Of a stretch of 64,000 nucleotides of DNA, positions 36,800 to 50,578 are shown one piece after another. The stretch spans positions 15,252,001 through 15,316,000 of the forward strand of contig NC_134025.1 of the NCBI RefSeq assembly GCF_964204645.1. The letters are read 5' to 3'. This stretch comes from Tubulanus polymorphus (Eukaryota; Animalia; Nemertea). The notes below the pieces were generated by a model. It made no database searches. It worked only from the letters and a program-made list of their open reading frames with translations, and was not told where the DNA came from. Both the position numbers and the translations under genes were made by a program. How positions within the stretch are numbered: the stretch's first letter is position 1; every line of letters begins with the position of its first letter.

Positions 36800-37429
36800 T
36801 TGAAGAATGCTTATAATATTTTTTTCGCCTTTTTTTCTCCTATATACATGTCAAAGAAATCTAATAAGAATAGTATTGATATTGAAAAAACATTAGATGA
36901 TTTGGGTATAAGTGATAATAAAGATACAGTTGTAACTAATTGTGCTCAAGTTAATTGTAATATTGATTATGAATACTATCTATATTGTAAACACCATCTT
37001 GAATTACTAATTGCTGGCGGGAAATCTAAAGAGTTTTTAACTAAGATAATTACTTTTCAAGAATTAGATGCTATGAAACCAGATAAAGTAATGAAATATT
37101 TTAAGATTCATGAAGAAGCTAGATTAGCTAGAATAAATGATTCTATTTCAGATGGTATTGTCAAATGTTACTCTAAGTTATGTAACCGGTTAATACCAAT
37201 TGATGATGAAAATAAATTATATAGTGATTTGAAAAATAACTACTTAGTTATGACTGAATTACAAAAATGGGTCGGATATGCTTCATTTCAATTAGGATCG
37301 GTTATGACCTTAATTTCTACTGGTGTCATAACATTTTCGAATATCAAGCCTATGGAATATAAATCAGGTAAGAACGAAACAGATGTACTACAACCAAACG
37401 GCGAAAAATTAACTAAAATAAATGAGTGA
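36800..37429 (+). CDS. Hypothetical Polinton protein (likely ATG at ~36848)
   Basis: Intact homolog of 17757-18370. Confidence 0.7.
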   Translation: MKNAYNIFFAFFSPIYMSKKSNKNSIDIEKTLDDLGISDNKDTVVTNCAQVNCNIDYEYYLYCKHHLELLIAGGKSKEFLTKIITFQELDAMKPDKVMKYFKIHEEARLARINDSISDGIVKCYSKLCNRLIPIDDENKLYSDLKNNYLVMTELQKWVGYASFQLGSVMTLISTGVITFSNIKPMEYKSGKNETDVLQPNGEKLTKINE

Positions 37430-37790
37430 TGGAGTTAAGAAAAAGGTTAGATCTGAAAAACAAATTAAATGGGCAAGAGAATTAGGTAAAAGATCTTCAG
37501 AATTAAAAAAAGCTAAGAAAAAGAAATTAACTGATATAAATGAATCACAGACTTTATCTGATATTAATTCAAATAATAATCCATCTGATTCTTCTAATAG
37601 TGGAAGAAATAATTACTTATATATTACAATTGGGTTAATCACAATTACTATATTCTCTGGTGTAATATATAAATCAAAATTCAAATCTGATGATAAAGAT
37701 GATTCCAATGATGATAAACCTATTATACCAGAAAATAAGTCAAATCATAAAGTCATTGAAACTAAATCTAAATTATTATTAATGGATTAA
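37422..37790 (+). CDS. Small basic TM protein, 122 aa
   Basis: Intact homolog of 17468-17764. Confidence 0.7.
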   Translation: MSDGVKKKVRSEKQIKWARELGKRSSELKKAKKKKLTDINESQTLSDINSNNNPSDSSNSGRNNYLYITIGLITITIFSGVIYKSKFKSDDKDDSNDDKPIIPENKSNHKVIETKSKLLLMD

Positions 37791-37796
37791 AATAAG

Positions 37797-38250
37797 ATGA
37801 AAAAAGAACAATATTTAAGAGATTTATATTACAACCCAGAAAGTGAAGTATCATATTCTAACGTTTCAGAATTATGGGATAAAATTAAATCTGATAATGA
37901 AAATGGTAATATAAAATATAGTGAATTAAAATCATGGTTACAAAATCAACCAACATATCAAATCCACAAGAAAATGGATAAAACTTATTTAACAAGAAAA
38001 GTTATGGTTTCATATATCGATCAACAATGGCAAGCAGATTTAATTGATATGAAGAACTTAGAGGAATACAACAAAGGATATTTCTGGATATTAAATGTTA
38101 TAGACATATTCAGTAGATACGCATGGTCAATTCCAATCAAAAATAAAACTGGAATAGAAGTGACAAATGCTTTTAAATCAATATTTAAAGAAGCTATTCC
38201 AGATAAGATACAATTTGATGAAGGTAAGGAATTCTATAACAAACATTTTA
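37797..38250 (+). pseudogene. RVE integrase, N-terminal half (continues at 51787)
   Basis: WQADLIDM...DEGKEFYNKHF, then the Helentron junction. Confidence 0.9.
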
Positions 38251-38952
38251 ATAAATTGCCCTGAGGCAAAGTGGTTTACCTCGAATAGTATCAGTTAGTT
38301 TGTTGTCGATAGTTAGTCCTTCACTTTTAATACAGACTCGTGTAAATGGGATAAATTGTTGTAATTCCTAATTAAGTGGATTCTTCAGTAAATATACATA
38401 GTTGAATATATGGCAGTACGTACAAGTTATATTTAATCAATTAAGAATTAACAACAAATACACATTTGAATAGGAATAAATCAAGTTAAAATTCAATAAT
38501 TGTTGTCAAATATTGTGTCTTGGTTTGTTAATTTAGGAAATAAATATATGAAGTCTCAAATTTTTGGTTGTGCTGATGGTTGCAAGGATACCAATTAGTA
38601 AAATGAGAAAAATATATAAATTTTGTATAGAAACTAAATTTATTTATTACATATTCAAAAATAATACTTATCAAATAACAATATGTGATAAAATAACTCT
38701 GTTAACATTTTAAAAATGAATAAATGCTTATAGGTAAATACAGTGAATTAGCATTATAAAGAGATTTGTCCTATAACACTATGATTCGTTTAACATGGAT
38801 GACATCATCAGACGTTGAATGGTTGTTGATTAAATTGATTTCTATGTTTGGACGTATTAACCAAATAAGGCTGCCTCCCAAAATCCTATTACAGTGTATA
38901 AAATTGAAGTTGCCAAGTGTATAGAAGCAAAGACTATAAAAATATAGTAATA

Positions 38953-39270
38953 GATATAATAACAGAAATGACATAGATATTAACAACGCAGGCTAGCGTC
39001 GGAATTAATGTTCTCGAATTTGTATAAAATTAAGATATAATAACAGAAATGACATAGATATTAACAACGCAGGCTAGCGTTGGAATTATTGTTCTCAAAT
39101 TTGTATAAAATTAAGATATAATAACAGAAATGATTTGATCACACCTGTTGGACCTAGATATTTTAATCCTGTAGGCTAACATTGGAATTATTGTCGTCGT
39201 ACTATTTAAAATTACGTTAAAGTAACAGAAATGATTTGATAACACTAGTTGTACATAGATATTCTAATCC
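38953..39270. repeat. ~80-bp degenerate tandem repeats at the 3' end of the SSB gene
   Basis: Unit AGATATAATAACAGAAATGACATAGATATTAACAACGCAGGCTAGCG... repeated. Confidence 0.75.
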
Positions 39271-41695
39271 AGCAGGCAAGCATCAGAATCATCATCCTCA
39301 TCCAGTAGACGGGCGTCAGGATCTTCATAAACATTGTTTTGAGTTGTGACAGCTGGTTTGTTACTCCCTGCCAAATTAAAATATTTATTAGACCATTTTT
39401 CACGTTGCCATGATAAATATGTTACCAGAAATTTTTTGGGCATTAAGTGGTGGGGAGTATATATGAGGGGATTTCCTAGTAATTTGATTTAAATCATTTT
39501 TGTTATCATGGAAGAAAATTGCAGTGATTGGATCATGAAAATTAGCAATTGCATAATAATATTGCAGGATATTTGAGGAGGGATAGTAAAAATTTTATAA
39601 CAATGAGTATCAAAACATACTGAAAGTTTGTTTCTAACTAATAATGAAGTGAATAAGTATATGTACAAACAGGTTATTTTTAATGATCGGATTCCATGCA
39701 TTTAGTTTTAGACCTTGCACGTATAGTTCAATTTGTTTAGAAGTTTGAGTTTAGACTCAATTTTTGATTTAGCCAGCTATTAACTAATGATGTGTATTTT
39801 TTAGGAGGAAATATAATTTACCAGAGGTGGAGGCTTTAGGCTGTTTTTGTAGGTCATATTCTGCCAGACCTATGATGGTGTCACCTGTAAATATACATAC
39901 GTAATTTAATAATTACATAATTTCATATAATATCCTACAAATTTTGAAATCAATATTTAGAACAATACATTAGCAGGTTCTGTCGATAGAGGTAATGCTG
40001 GATTTTGCAAATTTTAATTAGTACAGACAAATATATGGTTATATTTTGGTAAGCTTGCACATCTTGAACAGTACAAACAGGAAATATATTTATTTTTGAA
40101 CCAGTTTGAACTAAATGTAGAATATCTAGTAGCATATTAGGCAAAGTTTAATATATGTCAGATATCGTTTTTATGAAAATCATTTAGAATACCTAAAATC
40201 TTTAGTTGAATTTGTCCAATTTCAGTCATGCATTCAATGACGTCTTGTTCCATGCCTTGATTTCCATTGAAATTGATTATTTGAAGAAGTAGGTTCTTTT
40301 CTACGGAATAAGTGGTAACTTCATCATCTGTTGAAATTGATGATACATAGTAGAGTAGAGGAGTTTCTGATTCAATGCCCAGGAAGGTAACATTTGCGAT
40401 TGTCACCTCAGGAGTTTTTAACTGAAAATAACATATGCAAATAACATGAAAATAAGATTTAGGTGGTGTCCAATTATATGGATAAGATTTTTTAGGTCTT
40501 TTTAAAGGTTTTTTGTGCGTAAGTAGGGGCGTCATGAGAAATTTATTTTTGAAAATTATCTTTATGAATAGCTATCTTACTATGATTTCTGTTTTATAAG
40601 TTGATCTGAGTTGTTTGATATTATCTTTGGTTGTAGCAGTTCGCAGGTGTGTGATGGTAGTACTGTCACCTAGTTTTATTGGAGATGAAGATTTGTCTGC
40701 CCACAAAACAACGTCAATATTGGCGGTTTTGTCTTCTACAACGATGTTTCTGACTTTAATGTTAGCACCAGTGGCTGTAATTTTAACATCCCTTGGTTCT
40801 TCGTCCTGGAAATAAGGTAAAACAGAAATATTTGTAATTATTACAAGAAATATCTTCAATAATATAGTGAATAGGCCTGAAATGAGTATTTTTACAGTTG
40901 ATTATGATTAGTTTATATCCTGTCATGTGACTGAATATTCATAAAAGTTTAATTGGACATTAATTATTGGACAGCTTAGCTGGGGATTAATTTAACAGCA
41001 TGAGAGCATACCTGATTATCAAATCAGAACTTTTTGGCTGGACAGCTATTACGTGGCCAATAATTCCCTAACCCGGACATGAAATATTTTTGGACATGAA
41101 TGCTTTGTGGCATAATTACCACAAAGCAAGCTAAGGTATTTATAGTTTATTTTTACATATGAATGCAGTATGGTTGCTATTCATAAATTATAGAGGCTCT
41201 GAGCATCATAAGTCAATTTCTTATGTACATAAAGGTCTAATGTTTGTATACAAGTTTGAAAAGTGATTCTGGATGTTATTAATTTACCTTTACAATTCTT
41301 CCAGTTATACTGGACAAGTTGGAGTCAGTATCATTGAACTTGATTTCGGCAATATCACGTGCCACTGGAGCTATTTCTATAATTAAAGCTCTGGCTTCTT
41401 CAACTACTTTTTGAGGAACATTGACCTTTTTTGTTTTGGTAATAACACACTTTTTTGATAGTAGCATATGTTTCTTTCCCATTTCAAAATTCCTTAGAAG
41501 CACAGAGTCGCCTTCTTTTAATTTTCTATCTATGCAGTCTTCATAACTTATAGCCTTGCACGTTCTTTCTTCATCACAGATTGCATATTCATATTTGTTT
41601 GTACGCTGGTTTAGTTGTTTAGTAGCTATCAGGACTTTCACAGGTTTGGTATAAAATTTGCTGTTGTTGAGCACAACGTGTTTTAGAGAAAGCAT
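39264..41695 (-). CDS. Spliced OB-fold (RPA-like) ssDNA-binding protein, ~342 aa; exons 41695-41288, 40805-40581, 40421-40193, 39884-39822, 39367-39264
   Basis: All introns GT-AG with consistent phases (0,0,1,1); OB-like motifs YAICDE...LKEGDSVLLRNF and VEDKTANIDVVLWAD; acidic tail DEDDDSD. Confidence 0.8.
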
Positions 41696-41821
41696 CTGTA
41701 AAAGAATAAGAAGTAATTGGTTACAAGTATTTCAGATGATTTTTAGTGTTTTTTTATCATTTGCAGACAGGAAATGAATAATGCAGTGGTACAGATATAG
41801 CCTATTAGAGTTTTACTGTAT

Positions 41822-44800
41822 TCAAAATAAAGAACAGTAAATCATACTGTGGTCTGACCAGTAGGTGTCAATAATTCCTACTTGAATGTTGGACATAGAC
41901 ACATTAGTGAAGATGAGGTCAAGTGTGCTCCCATGTTTAGTTGTTGGATGTTTTACAAGTTGGTGGCAATTAAACTTGTTTACCATGAACCCAGCTAATA
42001 TGTCATTGTAGTCAGTTGAATGAACGATGGATTTCATGTTGAAATCTCCCATAATTACTAATGGGCTATGCAAGTCTAGGTGATTTGACAATGCATTCAT
42101 AGAGTAGAATAGGGTTTCTAATGAACATTGTGGTGACACGTAAACGAAGACAATTTGGTGAGGTCTGTGCATATATTGCACACAAATGTATGTATATTCT
42201 ATGTTGACCTGGCTGCTAACATAAGATTCTAGAAGGTGTATATTGCTTTTGTAGTATGCAATTAGGCCATGTGGTGGTCTAAATGCAGTAGTAAGATGTT
42301 GGGGCATGTCATTGCGAATAATTTTGTAGCCGGGCATGTCAAGTTCAGATTCTTGGTCAGAACAAATAAGTCTTGACTCAGAAAATCCACTTATGTCAGC
42401 AGCTTTGACATTTGGGTTGTCTTTGATATCAAGATAATGTTTTGAGTATGACCTAGCATTTTGATATATGATTTTTAATGCAAAAGGCAAAGTTAAATAC
42501 AGTGGTGTGTAACATAGCTGTAATTGTCTGTGTTGGCACATATATTCCATATGTTGGATGACATGTGAAGATACAGATATTTTTTTTTCATTTAGATTAA
42601 GTATGTGCAAACCTGACAATTGTTTTACACGACTGAGGGCAACATAGTGTGAATGAGTTAGTATGGATGCAGGTGTTTTGGCTCCAGTACTCATGTCAAC
42701 AACTATTGTGTCAAATGTTCCACCTTGGGCACGATGAATTGTTCTGCCTGAACTGGGCATAAGTGGAAATTGAGTTCTCTGAACAGTGACATTTCTGACA
42801 GTGAATGAACGTTTCAGTGCAAATATTGGAGTCCAGCTAGCAGTTATCTGGTCAGTAAAAAAACATCTATATTTGTTTCTTTGTTGTTTGCCTACATCAG
42901 TATTACGGAACTCTACCCATATTATGGATGGTCGATCACTGGTATTATTATCAAATTGTATTTTTTTCACAGTGCATTCAGATCCATTAATTATACCATC
43001 ATCAACTGAAATGTTAACTGTTGTAATGTAAATCAATGACTCGGCAACGTTTAAAATTCTTGGAAGGCCACTTGCATCTATATAAGTTTTACAGTTTTCA
43101 CAGGCATATAATACTTTAGTTTTTACTGAACTACATATATCTGTTAAGACAACGTCTGTACATTTTATTGATACTTTAACTGATGAGACAGCATTAAATA
43201 TCTGGTCATTGTGTTTCTGAGCTTGGATTTTTAGAGGGAAAAAATGTGGAGCAGATTTAGGATATATTGTATTAGATGAAGAGACTATACGAGACTTTAA
43301 AATGCCTTTGTCTAAGTGGGACAAATTGTTGGTTCTCAAACGATTCAAAAGCTCAGCAAAAGCTAAATCTTCTTTTTGTCTCATAATCTGATGAAGTTCG
43401 TAGATTTTAAAATTGTCTAGCCATAGATTATTAGCAAATGCAGCATATTCTTTAGGTACTGGTTGAAATATAAACCTATCCATCACTGGTTTTAATTGGT
43501 AGAGGTCGCCGAAGTTAATAATATGTACGCCTCCAAATATCTTTTGATTACCCATTATTTCTTTCAAACGTAGATTAATTGTATAAAACATACAAGCACC
43601 AACCATTGAAATCTCATCTATTATGACTACTTGTAGGTTCATGTACTTAGTTCTCAGAGCATTTAAAGAACTAGCTGACAACGGCTCATACTTGTATCCT
43701 CGACTTGGTGGGATCTTAAAGGCACCATGAATTGTGGAGCCATTAATACCATAAGCAGCCATACCGGTAGGGGCCAAAAGAAGGACTTTACAATCGTCAG
43801 GATTTTCTCCTGGTAAAGAGGATAGAGAGCGCAACAAGTACTGATGTATAGCCTTAATTACAATAGATTTTCAACATCCAGCCGAGCCTGTACAAAAAAC
43901 ATGGAGACTTTCATCATTAGTTTGATTTATATGCTGTGCTATATGTGTAAATATTTCATTCTGTCTCTTATTTAGTGATTGCAATAATGCATGATATTCA
44001 GGTTCAGTAATTCTTTTAGGAAGGAGAGAAACTTCAACATTGTAGTTCACTGATGTCAAACCTATGTCTGGTGCCAAGTCATAAATGCGTTGGTGAATTG
44101 GCCGATCAGGATCAAAGAACATACTTTCCATACTCAAAGTCTGGTCATTGTCAGGTAGCTGTTCATCAGTATCTACATTTAAATTATCCATAGTTTCTAT
44201 AACTGATTTCAAGTCATCATTGTGTGCTTCAAACTTTTTCATCATCATACTGATTTGTGCTGTGTAGGATTTGAAAGCAGCTTCATAAGAATCAAAGTCA
44301 CGTAGAAGGTCTTTTTCTTTGCGCCATGGTACGTACAGCAATAAACGTTCTCGAAAGAAATTTTCTGGGTCAGAGCGTTTGTTGTAATTAACAAAGCGTA
44401 TAATTCGAGCATTTGGTTTTAGCTTTACTTGGCTGTCTGACATATTGCTAGAAAGGCCATCACAAGGAGGGTCATCATCAATGTTATCATCATATTGGCT
44501 GGTCTCATAAGTGGATGATTTGTGGTTTTGAACCTCAGAAACAAATTGAGCAAGGCAATAATTTTCCAATTCAAGGCGTCGTCTTGAGTAATGAACTAAT
44601 ATGTTGTCAACTTCTATATTAGTTGAATTTTTTGGCAACTTCTTTAGGCTGTTCAAATCTTTTAAAAGATATGTACGTTCATCTGGTGGTGAAGTGTTTA
44701 TGAAAACCACTTCTCGGGAACATCGAGTAATGGGCATTTGTAAAGTAAGATAAGCTGCCTCTTGAGCGCCGATTTCAACTGAGTTAATGAACTTATTGCC

Positions 44801-47800
44801 AATGTGCCTGACTGCTTTTTTTAAGTCTAAATTGTCATTTCTTGCTTCTTTGCAGGCAGTTTTTAATATAGTACTCATAGCTTTTTGTCCTTTGCAGGTG
44901 TAACTTGCAATGTACACCGCCATACTGTACGCATCCAAAACATATTGGATATCATGGTTTGCTTGCCAAATACCCAAAAGATTTTTCATGTACGGGTTAA
45001 TTCTAATTTCATTAGGTGATCTTTTTAGGAAAACTTTTGGTTTTGATAAGGAAGATCTGATAGCATCAACATATTCATTTTCAGACATCTTGAGATCATT
45101 TTGAAGGAAATTTTTAAAAGAGATATCAGAGCCGTCACCATAGCTATTCAAAACCTCAATAATTTGAGTGTAGTATTCATGAAGTGTATGCAGTGGCAAG
45201 CTGTATTGATTATCAGCAGAATCAATATCAAGTGGGTAAAGTATCGTAGTAGTGGTTATTGGTGGTTGTGGGTATCCAAATCTACAAGATTTTGTCCTAC
45301 CTTTCCGACAAGTTTGTGAATGTTTATGTCGTTGATATTCAAGGTACTTTTGTTCACTAAGTGGGACATTAGATGAAACTGAAATGATATTGTCAATGAA
45401 GTCAACTATTTCCAAATCAGAATCTTCTCCAAAGACTGGAGCATCATGTAGCCATATTGTCATATGTACATGTGGTGAACCCCTGGTCTGAAATTCTATT
45501 CTGGCAAAGAAGTCAGAAACTTTTCCAATCGGATTATTTTTACTTTTGAGAACTAGCTTTATAAATTGCTGTACTTTATGATCAAAATATCTTGCGCAAG
45601 TCACTGGGTCGTTACTGATGAGGCGGCTTGTGGTTCTCCAATCAAAGTTTTTTATTTCATCATCAGTGTAGTGCTTTCCATCTATAAGAATACCCAGAGT
45701 TCTTAAAAGTGGAGTCCATTTAGTATCAGCGGCAGACAGACTTAAAAATATTGTTGGGAAACCGAGTTGTCGAATACAAGCAAACAGATCTCTTTTACGT
45801 TTAGATAAGTATGCAGGGGTATTTCTGATTGACTTGAAAATATGATAACCTTCATCCAATTTGACCATGTTGTCTCGAACAGTTTCATCTGCAAGATCAC
45901 CGGCTGTATACGTTTTACCCCTTGTTTTTACTCTACGCACTGAGATAGACGCCTTGTCTGAAACCTGTTTTATTTGCAATTTTTTTAGTTTATAAAAGAT
46001 GTTAGGAATATTTGAGGCAACTCGCCTATCAATGCAGCGGAGTTCGTACTTGCAGATATCATTGTAATGCACTGGCCTATATCGCTCGGAGTTATCAGGA
46101 CGCACTTTGCCACAGAATATTGTAGACCAAGATAAATATTCCGAGTCACTATCCGTATATAGTCCCAAGGGATGCTGGCCTTCTCCTGGAGCATATGTAA
46201 AGACATTTGGATCAACTTCATCTAATAGTGTATCCATGTTTTCTAATTGCTGTTCTTTGTTATCAATTTCTATAAATCCATCATCATCACTGTCTGAATC
46301 TGATTCAGGTGGATTTTGATTTTGGGGTTGTCTCTTTTTCGAATCAGAAATTCTACCTTCAAGAAAAGGTTGTATCTCGGGATCATTAGTATGTAAGCAT
46401 GAAAGCCAATGGTCATTAATACAGACTCCAGAATTTTGGTATAAATGGCTATTGTCTAACAACCACTTTAATGCTCGTATGACTACTAGAGGGCGAATAT
46501 TCTCGGCAAACTCAACAGTTCGGTAGGCTAGCTTTCGTTTAATTTGAACAGCTACAGTTTGACTTTCACTTATTTTCCTAGGCAATGTATTGACAGTGTG
46601 TTCAATGGCAACTGGGACATTACAAACTCCACCTCGAATAAATTTCTGCTGATTAACTGGGAGTTGTCGTATTTGCATAAATGGGATCCTAAGTGCTATG
46701 AGCCTTTCTTCTAATGACGTAATATTCAACTCTGGTGGTTTGATAGGGAATCCCATTTTATTTTTTACAGATAAGCGCGGAATAAGTCCATTGTTTATAT
46801 TTGCTAAACAGGTAACACATATCCATTCTTCTTTTTCATGAGAGATAATGTGTGTAAGGCAATCATTCAATAAATGGCTGTTTTTAGCATTAATTGAAGC
46901 AGTAACTTTTGAAACAGAAACCTTGAACCATGTTTGCTGGCATACTGAACAAACATAAGCAGGCCCACATTCAACTGCTGCTAGGAAAGCCGAATAGTCA
47001 GCTGAGAAAGAATCATGAAAACATGTAGATTCTGAGTTAGAGATTGACACATGGTCATTATTGGATGAAATTCCATAAGACATGGATCCATTTCTAGATT
47101 GTTTGAGTTTGACATTACTTTGTGGTACACTTTGATTATGTGATCTTTTCCTAGGAAATATAACTTTGTCTTTAATTGTTGATCTTGTTGAAGTTTTTTT
47201 TTTCGATGATTGATCGTTAAGGTACCTCTCATGACATTTCTGTTTTTGCGTCTTATTAATATGCAATTTACCATCATTTTTTCTGTAACATCTCATGTAT
47301 GACCTCATGTATGATCGTTTCTTAAGTTTTTCCTGTAATTTTTTTGCTTGATCGTCCAAGTACAATTGAACAGATGATAAACTTCTAAAACTGGACAAAG
47401 ATGGTCTAGTAGATGCTGCATGGACAGTATCACTGGTATTCGGAGCTTTAACAATTGTATGCCTTCTTATACCTAGTATATAAGCTTTCTTTGAAATCAA
47501 TTTAACATCATAGAATGATACATCATAAGCTGCAGCATTAATAGAGCTTATATATGTGTTGATGAAATCCAAAATATTGATCAGACTGTCAAATTCTAGT
47601 AAAACTGATGATCCATCAGCACAAGGGAAACCTGAGGTATTGCGGCTATGAGAATCAAAAAGGTAATATTTACCATTCCTTACAAATAAAGCACATGCAT
47701 TTGTGCCTAATATAGCTATACAATTTGAATTGCTGACTAAGTAGTTACTGAGTACTTCTGCAACACTTGGGATTCCTAGGCTTTCATTGACACTAACACA

Positions 47801-48469
47801 TACTCCCACTAAATTCTTCTTGGACTTCAAAATAAAATGTGCTTCAAAGCAAGAAAGATAAAGAGGAATATCATTTGCAAATAAATAGCCTTGATTGCTT
47901 CTGTCAGTTATATCCCTATACAACTTATCACCCTGTAAGAGTATATTATCAAGATCACTGCTTACCCAAGTATTCATATTTTGCTTTAACAAAGTAAATA
48001 AAATACAACATGCTGCAATAGGAACACACTGTTTTCCTACAGAATCAGCAGAAAATATGGTTGGATCAACTTGGTGAAATGCACCTGTTAGTACAGGGCC
48101 AGGGTTGAGTTCAACATCATTTGCTAGAAGTATAGTAGAATCTTCATGCAATGATGTCACTAATGGAGTACAAGGGAAACATGATTGCTCATTTCTACAC
48201 ATGAAGTGATTCCTATATATGCACAATTGTATAATCCATATAGATGCATAATAACTACACTTTCTTCTCATTTCACAGATATCATAAACTTTAGACGCAT
48301 ACATGTAATACAGACAGGCCAGCCATTGCGATGCTACAAATTTTGCACCAGTTGCTTGAACTAAATTGCCACTATTTCTAACATATGAATGGCATACAGA
48401 CTGGCTTTTGTATACTGCCCTACAGTAATAATTACCAACTAAACAGCGATAGTTCTGCAAGGAGTCCAT
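41822..48469 (-). pseudogene. Helentron polyprotein: 2A-like peptide, herpes-type deubiquitinase, Zn finger, HUH Rep, PIF1 helicase, APE/EEP endonuclease; one stop in Walker A
   Basis: DVELNPGP; HQ...GKQC...FDSH; EFQTRGSPHVH; GSAGC*KS (TGA at 43871, downstream ORF in frame); LAPTG, DEISMV, GDLYQL, YVALSR; GDFN, TLDLIF, WSDH. Confidence 0.93.
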
Positions 48470-49269
48470 ACCTGTTTATTTGTCCTTAACCCAGATTTAA
48501 TTATGTTGTTAGTGAGTCAATTTGTGTTTTGTCTGATATTGAAAGACTGTTTAGTTTATAATGGCATAATTGTTCTGTCTAATGTGCATCATTGTAGGCA
48601 GTTGATTTATATCAGTCTTATTTTGTCAAGTAGTATGTAGTATGATCATGTCAGTTATGAAGCATTACATGTGATATTGTCAAGCAATTGTCAATTAATA
48701 TTGTCTTGCTTTAGTCAGTTATGGTGGTCAAGCATTTCAATGTTCGGCTAATACTTACGATTTCCTTCCTACTGTTTTCAACCTGAAAAAGAAAATTCAG
48801 AGTCATGTAACATTGTTAATATGGAAACGACAAGTTTTTCCTAGACGAAAATAAAATCTGTATGAACACCCAAGTACTCAACAGTAAGATAATAGGGAGA
48901 ATATCATTAATTTTGAAATGTTTGAAGTTCACTTCACCTATAATATGTATGATTAAATTTACTGAAGATTTTTGGTAGTTACAATGGTTAGGAAAGTTTT
49001 TTTGTAGTATTTCAAGAATACTCTATTTGAAATGAATGAAGTATCATTGATGTTTCAATACATTTTAAGTGAATAACTTGAAACTTGATATTGACGCATT
49101 GAAAAACTAGATTGAGGCAAAGCCTCAAATGCCCCCTACCTGAATGTCGCTGGCCCACATGTGAAGTTACAGGATTTGTGGTAAAATGTGTTAGAAATAT
49201 TGTTGCCACAATTATTTCTATAAGAATGATATTAAACAACATGTTCACAAAGTGTAAAAAATTTATCAA

Positions 49270-50245
49270 CAGTAGCAGTCTCTAGGCTGTTTTCCCCTGG
49301 TGGCCATAATTTGAATCAATTCAACTTAATCCTTAATAGGGCTCTGCCCCAAGTAAAGGTTTAATCGTGTATAAAGTTTTAAGAAAATTGCGGCTTCTAG
49401 ACTGCTAACATTATTTATCATGTCGGCCCCATTGTGGCCATAATGTTAACCGCATCAACCCAATTTTTTATAAGGTTCTGTCCAAAGTGATACCCTAGTC
49501 GTGTACAAAGTATACAAAAAAAATTGTTGCCCTAGGCTGTTAACGTCATTTTTTATGTCAGCCCCTGGTGGTCATAATTTGAATTGAATTAACCAGATTT
49601 TGAATAGGGTTCTGCCCCATATGATACCCTACTTAAACAGGGCTTTCAAAAAAGGCTATCGCATCCGACTGTTAGTAAGAATCCTGCGACAGCTATGAAA
49701 TATTTCATCTGATATCGATGATAGTATAAAAGCTGTGATCAGTGGTTATATTTAATTGGCTGCCTTCCAAACTACTGCCAATCATTCTAGCGACTGACTG
49801 CGTTGTAAAGCTGGTAGTGTATATTCGATAGATTGTCTCATTATGAATGTTGAAAATTGTTTCATCGTTGATGCTCTGGATCTTGTTATCTAGACACTAT
49901 TAGACAAATTTTATATGCATAAGGTGAAAACTTTGTTCGGTGAACTCACAGTGATACTCGCAGAGAATATCAGTTTGGGTAGCCTAATAGCATTAATGTG
50001 TTCTTAAGCTGGCTGCTTTACTTGCAACAGTTACTTGCCAATCACTAACACTAGCCCCTGGTGGCCGTAATTTGAATCGAATAAATAGTTCTGGCCCAAG
50101 TGATATCCTAATGTGTATCAAGTTTGAAATAAATAGGTCAACAATTGCAGCCTCTACGCTGTTAAGGTCACTTGCAGCACGTATTCAGATGCGGGTAATT
50201 CTGTAATACGGGCCCTCTCAAGTAAAGTCAAGGGCATAACAATAA
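49270..50245. repeat. Degenerate ~130-150-bp repeats (CCCCTGGTGGCCATAATTTGAATC...), possibly a nested non-autonomous element
   Basis: Units near 49293, 49426, 49561 and 50054; GCCCT...AGGGC stem near 50213. Confidence 0.5.
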
Positions 50246-50482
50246 ATTTCTATTGCTCAATATTTGTCAACAATGACTTATATTTGAATCATGTTTCATT
50301 GATATAAAATTGATCAAGTAGTGTGAGTAGAACACACTAGCAAAATGGATGGTATGACAAATGTGTATGCTTCAAATGATTATGCAATATAATAATTTTC
50401 AATTCATTGAAAGTTTTTTTGAAACTGCATGAAACAATATATTTATATTCAATGCAGATAGGGTGAGAGCAGTGCAGAGCCC

Positions 50483-50485
<3 letters not shown>

Positions 50486-50564
<79 letters not shown>

Positions 50565-50578
50565 TGTATGTGTGTGTG
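50486..50578. repeat. (TG)n(TGCG)n microsatellite
   Basis: Directly visible. Confidence 0.97.

Noticed and set aside
43871-43873. Selenocysteine or readthrough TGA in the Helentron
   Set aside because: It replaces the invariant Walker A glycine by a single base change
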